NCBI GenBank assembly: GCA_031459385.1
Contig: JAVKIP010000001.1
Span: 288,001 to 352,000 of the forward strand
Length of the DNA stretch: 64,000 nt
Source: Candidatus Fervidifonticultor secundus
GTDB taxonomy: Bacteria > Sysuimicrobiota > Sysuimicrobiia > Sysuimicrobiales > Humicultoraceae
Direction of reading: 5' to 3'
Under the pieces are notes generated by a model that was given only the letters and a program-made list of their open reading frames with translations, had not been told where the DNA came from and searched no databases. The translations under genes and the position numbers were made by a program. Below are positions 27,944 to 37,061 of this stretch, piece by piece (within the stretch, counting starts at the first letter, position 1; every line of letters begins with the position of its first letter).

Positions 27944-29308
27944 ATGGACCGCGTCGTGCCCAAACCGTCCGAAGGCGACCTGAACCTCTCCCCCCGGCGC
28001 ACGGCCTGGCAGGCCGCGATGCTCGACGACGCCACCCGCGCCCTCCTGGACGAGGACGCCCGCTACTTCCTCCACCAGGCACTCTCGACCCCCTGCCTGA
28101 ACGCGCTGCGCCGCTGCGAGGGCATCTACCTCGAGGACCTGCAGGGACGCCGCTACATGGACTTCCACGGGAACAGCGTCCATCAGGTCGGCTTCGGCAA
28201 CCCCGCGGTGGTGGCGGCGGTCAAGGCGCAGCTGGACGCGCTGAGCTTCTGCCCGCGGCGGTTCACCAACGAGCCGGCGGTGGCGCTGGCCAGGACGCTG
28301 GCGCGCCTGGCGCCCGGCGACCTGCACAAGGTGCTGTTCTGCCCCAGCGGCACGGGCGCCATCGGCATCGCGCTGAAGCTGGCCCGCGCGGTCACCGGCC
28401 GTTACAAGACCATCTCCATGTGGGACGCGTTCCACGGTGCCTCCCTCGACGCGATCTCGGTGGGCGGCGAGGAGCTGTTCCGCCGCGACGCCGGCCCGCT
28501 GCTCCCCGGCACCGAGCACGTGCCGCCCCCTGACCCCTACCGCTGCGTGTGGGACTGCCAGACGCGCGGCGGGTGCGACCTGAAGTGCGCTGGCTACATC
28601 GAGTACGTGCTCGAGAAGGAAGGCGACGTGGCGGCCGTGATCGCGGAGACGGTGCGGGCGACGCCGGTGATTCCGCACCGCGCGTTCTGGTCGACCGTGC
28701 GGGCGGCCTGCGACCGCCACGGGGCGCTGTTGATCCTCGACGAGATCCCCACGGCGCTGGGCCGCACCGGCGCCATGTTCGCCTGCGAGCACTACGACGT
28801 CGTTCCCGACATCCTGGTGCTGGGAAAGGGCCTGGGTGGCGGCATCCTCCCCCTGGCCGCGGTCCTTGCCCGCGAGCGTTTCGATGTGGCGGCCGACCGG
28901 GCGCTGGGCCACTACACGCACGAGAAGAGTCCCGTGGCCGCCGCCGCGGCCCTGGCCACGCTGCAGTACATCGAGGACCACGGCCTGGTCGCGCACGCCC
29001 GCACGCTGGGCCGCTATGCCCTGGACCGGCTGCGCGCGATGCAGGCGCGCCACCCGTTGATCGGCGACGTGCGGGGGCTGGGGTTGCTGCTGGGCGTCGA
29101 GCTGGTCACCGACCGCGGCACACGCGCGCGGGCCACCGCTGAGGCCGAGGCGGTCTTGTACGCGGCACTGTCCCGCGGCCTGAGCTTCAAGGTCAGCATG
29201 GGGAACATCCTGACCCTGAGCCCGCCGCTCGTGATCACCCGGGCCGAGATGGACCGCGCCCTGGACATCCTGGACGAGAGCCTGACGGAGGTCGAGCGGA
29301 GCCGATGA
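27944..29308 (+). CDS. pbfA: (R)-1-hydroxy-2-aminoethylphosphonate ammonia-lyase-like class III PLP enzyme
   Basis: SEGDLNLSPRR, FLHQALSTPCL, DFHGNSVHQ, PRRFTN, WDAFHGASLD, LGKGLGGG, LGHYTHEKSP, FKVSMGN; located in a phnW cluster. Confidence 0.85.
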   Translation: MDRVVPKPSEGDLNLSPRRTAWQAAMLDDATRALLDEDARYFLHQALSTPCLNALRRCEGIYLEDLQGRRYMDFHGNSVHQVGFGNPAVVAAVKAQLDALSFCPRRFTNEPAVALARTLARLAPGDLHKVLFCPSGTGAIGIALKLARAVTGRYKTISMWDAFHGASLDAISVGGEELFRRDAGPLLPGTEHVPPPDPYRCVWDCQTRGGCDLKCAGYIEYVLEKEGDVAAVIAETVRATPVIPHRAFWSTVRAACDRHGALLILDEIPTALGRTGAMFACEHYDVVPDILVLGKGLGGGILPLAAVLARERFDVAADRALGHYTHEKSPVAAAAALATLQYIEDHGLVAHARTLGRYALDRLRAMQARHPLIGDVRGLGLLLGVELVTDRGTRARATAEAEAVLYAALSRGLSFKVSMGNILTLSPPLVITRAEMDRALDILDESLTEVERSR

Positions 29309-29964
29309 TCGTCCAGCCCGACCTGGCGCCGGGGCAGACGCTACTCTACACGCTGCGCCACGGCCTCACCGAGCTGAACCGCTCCAAGCGCACCGGCGGC
29401 CGCCTGGACGTGCCGCTGACCGCGGAAGGTCGCCGGCAGGCCGAGGAGGCCCGCGAGCAGTTCGCGGGCACGGCGCTCGACGTCGTGATCGCCTCCAGCC
29501 TGGGCCGCGCGATTGAGACCGCCGAGATCGTCACGGGGTGGGCGCGGGAGCAGATGATCATCGACGATCTGGCGGTCGAGCGCAGCTTCGGCCAGATGGA
29601 AGGCCTCACCCAGGACGAGATCCGCGAGCGGTTCCCGGACGTGATCTACGTGCCGATCGACCACATCCGCTACTCCCTCAACCCGCCGGGTGGGGAGTCG
29701 TTCGAGGCGCTCCGCACCCGGGCCCGGGCGTTCCTGGCCCGCGTGCTCGCGGCCCACCGCGGCAAGCGCGTGCTGGTCTCCTCGCACCAGAACTTCATGC
29801 AGCAGCTCCACGGCGAGCTGCGGGGCCTCGACCCCTATGCGGCGCTTAAGTACGACATCCTGAACCTGGAGCTGAACCAGTTCCACCTGGACGCCGACGG
29901 TCGGCTGCTCGCCCACCGCGTCTACCAGCTCTGCCCCGACGCCTCGAAGTACCCCTCGTTCTGA
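29305..29964 (+). CDS. Histidine phosphatase (PGAM) family protein
   Basis: LRHG, DVPLT, SSLGRAIETA, ERSFGQMEG, PGGES, SSH; ATGA overlap with pbfA. Confidence 0.88.
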   Translation: MIVQPDLAPGQTLLYTLRHGLTELNRSKRTGGRLDVPLTAEGRRQAEEAREQFAGTALDVVIASSLGRAIETAEIVTGWAREQMIIDDLAVERSFGQMEGLTQDEIRERFPDVIYVPIDHIRYSLNPPGGESFEALRTRARAFLARVLAAHRGKRVLVSSHQNFMQQLHGELRGLDPYAALKYDILNLELNQFHLDADGRLLAHRVYQLCPDASKYPSF

Positions 29965-29981
29965 GGGCCGGAGGCGGGCCG

Positions 29982-31280
29982 GTGGCAGCGGGCACCCGGC
30001 GGCTGCAGGCGGTGGTCGAGGCCCTGGCCGCGCGCCTGTGGCAGCGATTCCCCCCGCAGGTCCGCGGGCTGCGGCGGGTGGGCCGCGAGGCCGAGTTCCC
30101 GGTGGTCTGGCCGGACGGCCGGGCCGGCGAGGTTGCGCGCCTGTGGGACGGTCTGCGCGCCGACGCTGGTGCCCGCGTCCGGTACGATGACCCCGACCGG
30201 CGGACGATCATCGAGCGCGTGGACATCGGTGATGTCGGCTACGAGGTCGAGGTCGGCCGGGCCACCGTCGAGGTGGTGCTGCCGCCCGCCGACGATCTGC
30301 ATGGGCTGGCCGCGGCCTCCGCGGTGGCTGTGGGCCGGCTGGCGCGCGTAGCGGCCGCGGAGCGCCTGCGTATCCTCGGGTACGGCATTCAGCCCCGGGC
30401 GCGGGCCCGACCCGGCCTGATCACTCCCAAGCGCCGCTACGCCGCGTTCCACCGCAGTGTCGGCCGGCCCTGGCTGCCGTTCACGACCACGGCCAGCGAC
30501 CAGGTGCACGTGGACGTCGGGCGCGACGAGCTCATCGAGGTGACCAACGTCATGAACCTGCTGTCAGGCGCCATCATCGCGCTGACGGCCAACTCGTCCG
30601 TCTACGCAGGACAGGTCGGGCGCTTCTGCTCCGGCCGGGAAGGGCTGCTGCGCGTGCTGGGCGACCGCCACGGCATGCCGCCCCGGCCCTTCGCAGACCT
30701 GGAGGATTACGTGTGGTTCGTCTGCCAGCAGCCGTGTGCCGTGCTGCGGCGGGGCCACGACTACGTGGCGTACGGCCGGCCGCTGGCGGCATACGTCGGG
30801 GCGCGCGGGCCAGACCTCGACGCGTTCCTCTGGCACGAGCACTACCTCTGGTACAGCGCGCGGCCGCGGGCGCAGCACGCCACCGTCGAGGTCCGGCCGG
30901 CCTGCCAGCAGCCGCCCGACGACCCCCTGGCGGCTGCCGCCCTGGCCCTCGCGCTGGTGGAGGGCTGGCGCGAGGCGCGGGCGCTGGTGGCCGACGCGCT
31001 CGGCACCGACGCGCGGGGACCCGATGCCTGGCAGGCGATGGCGGCCTACCGGCAGGCGGCGATCCGCGACGGCATCCGCGCGGCTGAGCCTGCCCCGCGG
31101 TTCCTGGCCCGGCTGCTGGACGTGGCGGAGGCGGCTCTGCGCCGGCGCGGGCGCGGCGAAGAACGCCTCCTCGCCGGCCTCCGGCGCCGGGTGGAGCGGC
31201 GCCGGCTGCCGGCTGACGACGCCGCGGCGGCGTTCCGGCGCGGCGGCGCGGCGGCGCTGGTGGCGACCCGGGCGCTGTAG
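29982..31280 (+). CDS. Glutamate--cysteine ligase family (GCS2/EgtA-like) carboxylate-amine ligase
   Basis: VGREAE, TASDQVHVD, ALTANS, ARPR, TVEVRPACQQP. Confidence 0.75.
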   Translation: MAAGTRRLQAVVEALAARLWQRFPPQVRGLRRVGREAEFPVVWPDGRAGEVARLWDGLRADAGARVRYDDPDRRTIIERVDIGDVGYEVEVGRATVEVVLPPADDLHGLAAASAVAVGRLARVAAAERLRILGYGIQPRARARPGLITPKRRYAAFHRSVGRPWLPFTTTASDQVHVDVGRDELIEVTNVMNLLSGAIIALTANSSVYAGQVGRFCSGREGLLRVLGDRHGMPPRPFADLEDYVWFVCQQPCAVLRRGHDYVAYGRPLAAYVGARGPDLDAFLWHEHYLWYSARPRAQHATVEVRPACQQPPDDPLAAAALALALVEGWREARALVADALGTDARGPDAWQAMAAYRQAAIRDGIRAAEPAPRFLARLLDVAEAALRRRGRGEERLLAGLRRRVERRRLPADDAAAAFRRGGAAALVATRAL

Positions 31281-31360
31281 GGGCCTGCCGGCGCGGGCGC
31301 CGGCGTGCCGCAGACGCGGACGCTGGGGGCGAGATGCACGACACGTGACGGAGGGAGACG

Positions 31361-32131
31361 ATGGGGCGGCTCGACGGCAAGGTCGTGTTGATCACGGGCG
31401 CGGGCAGCGGCATGGGCCGTGTCGCGTCCGTGCGCTTCGCGCGCGAGGGCGCGCGGATCGTGGTGGCAGAGGTGGCCGAGGCCGCCGGGCGCGAGACGGC
31501 CGGTGAGGTCCGCGCCGCCGGCGGCGAGGCGCTCTTCGTGCGCACCGATGTCGCGCGGGAGGCCGACGTGGCCGCGGCGGTCCGCGCGGGCGAGGAGGCG
31601 TTCGGCCGCATCGACGTCCTCTACAACAACGCCGGGATCTTCCCCCCGGACGACGGGTCGGTCGTCGACCTGGACGAGGCGGTCTGGGACCGGGTGATGG
31701 CCATCAACCTCAAGGGCATCTACCTGGTCTGCAAGCACGGCATTCCGGCGCTGCTGCGCGCCGGCGGTGGGTCGGTGATCAACATCGCCAGCTTCGTGGC
31801 CCTGGTGGGGTGCACCGTGCCGCAGGACGCCTACACCGCCAGCAAGGGCGGGGTGATCGCCCTCACGAAATCGCTGGCGGTGCAGTTCGGGCCCCGGGGC
31901 ATCCGTACCAACGCCATCTGCCCCGGGCCCATCGAGACCCCGCTGCTGACGCAGTGGCTGCTCACCAACCCCGAGGCGAAGGCGGTGCGCCTGGCGCGCA
32001 TCCCCATGGGCCGCTTCGGGCGGCCTGACGATATCGTCGCGCTGGCGCTCTACCTGGCCAGCGACGAGTCGGCCTGGACCAACGGCGCCGTGCTGGTGGT
32101 GGACGGCGGGATCACGTCGAACTACTTCTGA
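31361..32131 (+). CDS. Short-chain dehydrogenase/reductase
   Basis: TGAGSGMG, NNAG, YTASK, PGPIET, VDGG. Confidence 0.93.
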   Translation: MGRLDGKVVLITGAGSGMGRVASVRFAREGARIVVAEVAEAAGRETAGEVRAAGGEALFVRTDVAREADVAAAVRAGEEAFGRIDVLYNNAGIFPPDDGSVVDLDEAVWDRVMAINLKGIYLVCKHGIPALLRAGGGSVINIASFVALVGCTVPQDAYTASKGGVIALTKSLAVQFGPRGIRTNAICPGPIETPLLTQWLLTNPEAKAVRLARIPMGRFGRPDDIVALALYLASDESAWTNGAVLVVDGGITSNYF

Positions 32132-32162
32132 TCGGACAAGGTGCGCGCGGCCAGGTTCACGG

Positions 32163-33020
32163 CTACGGGCGGATGTCGCTATCCAGCGGCTCCATGGTCC
32201 ACGCCCCACCCCGCACCACGGCCACCTCGGTGCAGCCTGCCTCCCGCAGGAGCGCCTCGGCGTCGGCGTGGTGGTCGGTGACCTGGGCCGGGATGTGGGC
32301 GTCGGTGGTCACCAGCAGCCGGAGGCCGCGCGCGCGGCACCGGCGCAGGATCCACGGGCTGGGATACGGGCTGCGCACCGCGTCGCGCCAGCCTGCCGTG
32401 TTGAGCTCGACGATGAGGTCGGCACGCGCGCAGGCCTGGAGCGTCGCCTCCACCTCGCGGACGTACCACGGCTCGTCCTCGCGGAAGTACCGGTTGCCGT
32501 CGTTCCACTTCTTCACACGGTCGAGGTGCCCGACGATCGCCACCCGACCCCACGCCGCCAGGCCCCGCACGCGCTCGTAGTAGGCACCCACCAGCCGGCG
32601 GATCTCGCCGCCGAACCAGCGGCGCAGGCCGGCTTCGAAACCGCGCCGGGTGAGGTCGTAAGCCCACGGCACGCCGGCGGCGCTGGTGCCGATGAAGTGC
32701 ACCGACCCGATGAGGTACTCGAAGGGGGAGCCGGCCACCAGCGCCCACAGCGCGTCGTGGCGCTCGGGGATGTAGTCGAACTCCAGCGCCAGGTGCACGT
32801 CCAGGCGCCCGCGCCAGGCCTCGCGCACCCGCGCGACGTCGGCGCAGTACGCGGGCAGGTCGGCCGCGCGCATCGCCGCCTCATCCGGGAAGTCCAGCGG
32901 CGCGTGGCTGGAGATCCCCAGGGCGGCCAGCCCCGCGGCGGCCGCCGCCTGCGCGTAGGCGTCGATCTCGCCCTCGCCGTCGCAGTAGCGGTTGTGGGTG
33001 TGGTAGGCGGTGCGGATCAG
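32163..33020 (-). CDS. PHP-family histidinol-phosphatase-like protein (HisK/HisJ type)
   Basis: YHTHNRYCDG, SSHAP, LIGSVH, GHLD, ELNT, YPS, TDAH; start uncertain (CTG at 33020). Confidence 0.85.
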   Translation of the reverse strand: MIRTAYHTHNRYCDGEGEIDAYAQAAAAAGLAALGISSHAPLDFPDEAAMRAADLPAYCADVARVREAWRGRLDVHLALEFDYIPERHDALWALVAGSPFEYLIGSVHFIGTSAAGVPWAYDLTRRGFEAGLRRWFGGEIRRLVGAYYERVRGLAAWGRVAIVGHLDRVKKWNDGNRYFREDEPWYVREVEATLQACARADLIVELNTAGWRDAVRSPYPSPWILRRCRARGLRLLVTTDAHIPAQVTDHHADAEALLREAGCTEVAVVRGGAWTMEPLDSDIRP

Positions 33021-33916
33021 AGTGACGCGGCTCCTTCCGTGTGGAACGGGCCCGCCGGCGCCCGCAGGAGCTCCGCCAGGATCTCCAGGCCGCGGACGAT
33101 GCGCGGGCCCGGCCGGTTGAAGTAGGCGCTGGCGTCGGTGAGGTAGACACGCCCGGCCCGCACCGCCGGCAGGCCGTCCCAGCCGGGGCGGCCGGTCAGC
33201 AGGTGCTGTTCGCTGCGCGTGCGCGCCATGTCGAAGCCGCAGGGCATGATGACCACCACGTCGGGTGCGGCCTCCCGCACCTGCTCCCAGTCGACGACGC
33301 ACGAGTCCCGGCGCGCGTGTCCGAGTACGTCGACCCCGCCGGCGATCTCCACCATCTCGGGCACCCAGTGTCCGGCGACGAAGAGCGGGTCGAGCCACTC
33401 CAGGCAGACGACCCGCGGCTGCGGGACCGGCGGCGGCAGGCGTCGCACGCGGTCGATGCGCCCGCGGAGTGCCGCCACCAGCGCGCCGGCGGCGTCGTCG
33501 GCGCCCGCCCGCCGCCCCACCTCCAGGATCGTCTCCAGGATGTCGTCGAGCCCGTGGGGCTCCAGCGACACGATCTGCGGCGCGCCGGCCAGCACCCGCG
33601 CGGCCTGACGCACCTCGGGGAACGAGGGCGCGCACACCTGGCAGAGCTCCTGGGTGAGGATCAGGTCGGGCGCCAGGGCCGCGAGCTGGGCCGCGTCCAG
33701 ATGGTAGACACTGGTCCCGGCATGGAGCGTGCGGCGGATGGCTGCGTCGATCTCGGCGCTCGGCCAGGCGGCGGTGACCACCGCCTGGGCGAGCACCGGG
33801 AGCCCGCGGACGTCCGGCGGCCAGTCGCAGTCGTGCGAGACACCCACGAGTCGGTCGCGCAACCCCAACGCGCAGGCGATCTCGGTGGCGCTGGGCAGGA
33901 GCGAGACGATCCTCAT
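33017..33916 (-). CDS. BtuF-like cobalamin/siderophore-binding-fold protein without signal peptide
   Basis: MRIVSLLPSATEI, VGVSHDCDWP, TQELCQVCA, GHWVPEM, MPCGF, YFNRPGPR. Confidence 0.85.
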   Translation of the reverse strand: MRIVSLLPSATEIACALGLRDRLVGVSHDCDWPPDVRGLPVLAQAVVTAAWPSAEIDAAIRRTLHAGTSVYHLDAAQLAALAPDLILTQELCQVCAPSFPEVRQAARVLAGAPQIVSLEPHGLDDILETILEVGRRAGADDAAGALVAALRGRIDRVRRLPPPVPQPRVVCLEWLDPLFVAGHWVPEMVEIAGGVDVLGHARRDSCVVDWEQVREAAPDVVVIMPCGFDMARTRSEQHLLTGRPGWDGLPAVRAGRVYLTDASAYFNRPGPRIVRGLEILAELLRAPAGPFHTEGAASL

Positions 33917-35286
33917 CGTGCCTTCCATCGCAGGCCGCGGCGGAAAGGTCCCGCCGCCCGCGGCGGCGCGGCCCCCGGCGTGCCGCCAGGCAACACACCC
34001 ACAGGCGGGACCGCCTCGGGGGCGACCGCCGGCCCTGCGGGGGACCCGCGCGCCCGTGCGACCTCCTCGGGCGGCCGGACGTGGCGGAAGCACGCGAACA
34101 GCAGCAGGTCGTAGGCGATCTTCAGAGCGCCGGCGATGACGAAGGGCGCTTCCAGCCCGACGACCTGCATCGAGGCCCCCGCCACCAGCGGGGTCGTGGC
34201 CTGCGCCACGTTGCGCACGATGTTGGTGAGGCCGGCAGCCGCGATGCGCTCCTCGGGATCGACGACGGCCACGACGTAGGACTGCCGCACCGGCACGTCC
34301 ATCTGTGACAGCGCAAACCGCGCCAGCAGCAGGCCTACCGCCCACGCCAGCGACGGCGCCAGCGGGATGGCTACGAGCAGCACGTTGGACGGCAGGTGGG
34401 TGGCGACCATGGTGGTGATGAGCCCGATCCGCTCGCCCAGCCGCCCGGCGGCGTAGAACGAGGCCGCCTGGAGGAGCCCGGCGACCAGGAAGACGGGGCC
34501 CAGCACCTCGGGGCCGGCGCCCCACCGCGCGCTGAAGTAAAACGCGATCATGCTCTGCACGACGAACCCGCCCGCCAGCGAGTCCACGACGAACAGCGCG
34601 GCCAGCCGCAGGACGGTGACCCGCGAGCGCTGGAGACCGCCGCGCGCGGCGGCTGGCGCCGCCTCGACCTGGGGGCTCAGCCGGCTGAACAACCCCAGCG
34701 TCACCAGCCCGAGCGCAGCATATGCCAGGAACATCACGCGGAACGCCCCGTCGGCCGTCATCCCAGCCCGCTGCAGCAGCGCCGGCGCACCGGCCGCCAG
34801 CGCGCCGAGCGAGCCGGCCAGGGCACCCAGCAGGTTATAGAGTGAGAAGGCGCGGGTGCGGCGCTCGGGGGAGGTCGCCAGCGGCAGTATCGCCTGCTCC
34901 AGGGAGAGAAACGGGCCGACCTCGCCCGTGGTCACGCCGACCGTGCCGGTGAGGGAGGCCAGGATCAGCACCGGGTACGACGTGGTCGCGGCGAAGGCCC
35001 CGCCACTGCCAGCCATGCACAGCGCGGCCAGCTGGAGGATGCGGCGCCGACCGTAGCGATCCGCGGTGGCAGTGAAGACCGCCGTGAGGACGGCAGACCC
35101 CAGCAGGGTCGCCGTGAGGATGGCGCCGACCTGCCACGGCGCCCAGCCCGCCCGGTCCAGGTAGATCCCCAGGAGCACCGACTGGAAGCCGTAGGCGAAC
35201 GTGCGCACGGCCCGCGCGGCCAGAATGCGCCGGCCGTCGGGGGCGAGCCAGGCGCGGGCGGGGGTGGACAGGCGACCCGCGTTCAC
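33913..35286 (-). CDS. MFS transporter
   Basis: ADRYGRRR, GEVGPFLSLEQA, HLPSN, SQMDVPVRQSY; about 12 hydrophobic segments; GTG start 35286 inferred. Confidence 0.88.
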   Translation of the reverse strand: MNAGRLSTPARAWLAPDGRRILAARAVRTFAYGFQSVLLGIYLDRAGWAPWQVGAILTATLLGSAVLTAVFTATADRYGRRRILQLAALCMAGSGGAFAATTSYPVLILASLTGTVGVTTGEVGPFLSLEQAILPLATSPERRTRAFSLYNLLGALAGSLGALAAGAPALLQRAGMTADGAFRVMFLAYAALGLVTLGLFSRLSPQVEAAPAAARGGLQRSRVTVLRLAALFVVDSLAGGFVVQSMIAFYFSARWGAGPEVLGPVFLVAGLLQAASFYAAGRLGERIGLITTMVATHLPSNVLLVAIPLAPSLAWAVGLLLARFALSQMDVPVRQSYVVAVVDPEERIAAAGLTNIVRNVAQATTPLVAGASMQVVGLEAPFVIAGALKIAYDLLLFACFRHVRPPEEVARARGSPAGPAVAPEAVPPVGVLPGGTPGAAPPRAAGPFRRGLRWKAR

Positions 35287-35428
35287 ACCGGGGCTTTCGG
35301 CGCGCCCCCGGCTTCGATCCTGGCTCCGGCGGGAAGTGCGGCCGCCGGCCGCGAAGAAGACCATATCCCCGGGGGGCGCGATGCAGCCGGCCCGGTCCCG
35401 TGCCCGCTGCAACCGGAGGTGGGACGAG

Positions 35429-37033
35429 GTGGTCATCGAGGAAGGCATCCGGAGCCGTCACGGGCTGGAGATGCAGGGAATCCAGCCGGGCGCGGTGGCC
35501 TGGAACCTGCCCCCGGCCGCGCTGTACGAGCATGCGATCCGGCGACGGGAGGGGCACATCGCCGCGCACGGCCAGCTGGTGGTGGTGACCGTGCCGCACA
35601 CCGGACGGTCGCCGCAGGACAAGTTCGTCGTCCAGGAGCCGTCCAGCGACGCCCACATCTGGTGGGGGAAGTACAACCGCCCGATCGCGCCGGAGAACTT
35701 CGAGCGGTTGTACCGGCGCCTGCAGGCCTACCTCGGCGGCCGGGAGTTGTTCGTCCAGGATCTGCTGGTCTGCGCCGACCCGCGCTACCGCCGGTACGTC
35801 CGGGTCATCACGGAATACGCCTGGCACAGCCTGTTCGCCCGGACGATGTTCATCGTGCCCGACGCCGGCGCCCGGGCCCAGCACACTCCCGAGATCACCG
35901 TCATCGACGCGCCCGGCTTCCTGGCCCACCCCGCTGAGGACGGCACGCGCTCCGAGGTCTTCATTTTGCTGCACCCGGCCCGCAAGCTGATCCTGATTGG
36001 CGGGACCACGTACGGCGGCGAGATCAAGAAGTCGGTGTTCACCCTGTTGAACTACCTGCTGCCGCTGGAGGGCGTGCTCTCCATGCACTGCTCGGCTAAC
36101 CGGGGGCCCGCGGGCGACGTGGCGCTGTTCTTCGGGCTCTCGGGCACGGGGAAGACCACGCTGTCGGTGGAGCCCGACCGCGCCCTGATCGGCGACGACG
36201 AGCACGGGTGGTCGGAGGAGGGGATCTTCAACTTCGAGGGCGGCAGCTACGCCAAGACGATCCGGCTCTCGCGAGAGCGCGAGCCCCAGATCTACCAGGC
36301 CTCGCACATGTTTGGGACCGTGCTGGAGAACGTGGTGATGGACCCGACGACCCGCGAGCTGGACCTGGACGACGACTCGCTGACGGAGAACACCCGCGCC
36401 GCGTTCCCCATCACCTACATGCCCAACGTCTGGCCGAGCGGCGTGGCCGGGCACCCGCGGGCAGTGGTGTTCCTCACCTGCGACGCCTTCGGCGTCATGC
36501 CGCCCATCGCCCGCCTGACCACGGAACAGGCGATGTACCACTTCCTGGCCGGGTACACCGCCATCGTGGCCGGGACCGAGAAGGGCATCACCGAGCCGAC
36601 CGCCACGTTCTCTGCCTGCTTCGGCGCGCCGTTCATGGCGCAGCGCCCCACGGTCTACGCGCGCATGTTCGGCGAGCGCATCACGCGCCACGGGACTGCG
36701 GTCTGGCTGGTGAACACTGGATGGAGCGGCGGCGCCCAGGGGGCGGGCGGTGACCGCATCAACCTGGCGTACACGCGGGCCATGGTGCGCGCGGCGGTGA
36801 CGGGTGCGCTGGATGATGTGCCGGTCGCGCCCGATCCCGTCTTCGGCGTGCTGGTGCCCGAGCGTGTGCCGGGCGTGCCGGCCGAGATCCTGCAGCCGCG
36901 GGCGACGTGGGCCGACCCCGCAGCGTACGACGCCAAGGCCCGCGACCTCGCGGCGATGTTCCACCGCGCGTTCGAGGAGTTCGCGCCGCACACCTCCGAG
37001 GCCGTCCGGGCCGCCGGGCCGCGGGTGTCGTAG
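35429..37033 (+). CDS. pckA: Phosphoenolpyruvate carboxykinase (ATP)
   Basis: HTGRSPQDK, YGGEIKK, MHCSAN, FFGLSGTGKTTLS, LIGDDEHGW, TENTR, FSACFG; GTG after GGAGG. Confidence 0.96.
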   Translation: MVIEEGIRSRHGLEMQGIQPGAVAWNLPPAALYEHAIRRREGHIAAHGQLVVVTVPHTGRSPQDKFVVQEPSSDAHIWWGKYNRPIAPENFERLYRRLQAYLGGRELFVQDLLVCADPRYRRYVRVITEYAWHSLFARTMFIVPDAGARAQHTPEITVIDAPGFLAHPAEDGTRSEVFILLHPARKLILIGGTTYGGEIKKSVFTLLNYLLPLEGVLSMHCSANRGPAGDVALFFGLSGTGKTTLSVEPDRALIGDDEHGWSEEGIFNFEGGSYAKTIRLSREREPQIYQASHMFGTVLENVVMDPTTRELDLDDDSLTENTRAAFPITYMPNVWPSGVAGHPRAVVFLTCDAFGVMPPIARLTTEQAMYHFLAGYTAIVAGTEKGITEPTATFSACFGAPFMAQRPTVYARMFGERITRHGTAVWLVNTGWSGGAQGAGGDRINLAYTRAMVRAAVTGALDDVPVAPDPVFGVLVPERVPGVPAEILQPRATWADPAAYDAKARDLAAMFHRAFEEFAPHTSEAVRAAGPRVS

Positions 37034-37061
37034 GCCCGCAGGGTGCAGGAGCACACCGGCC

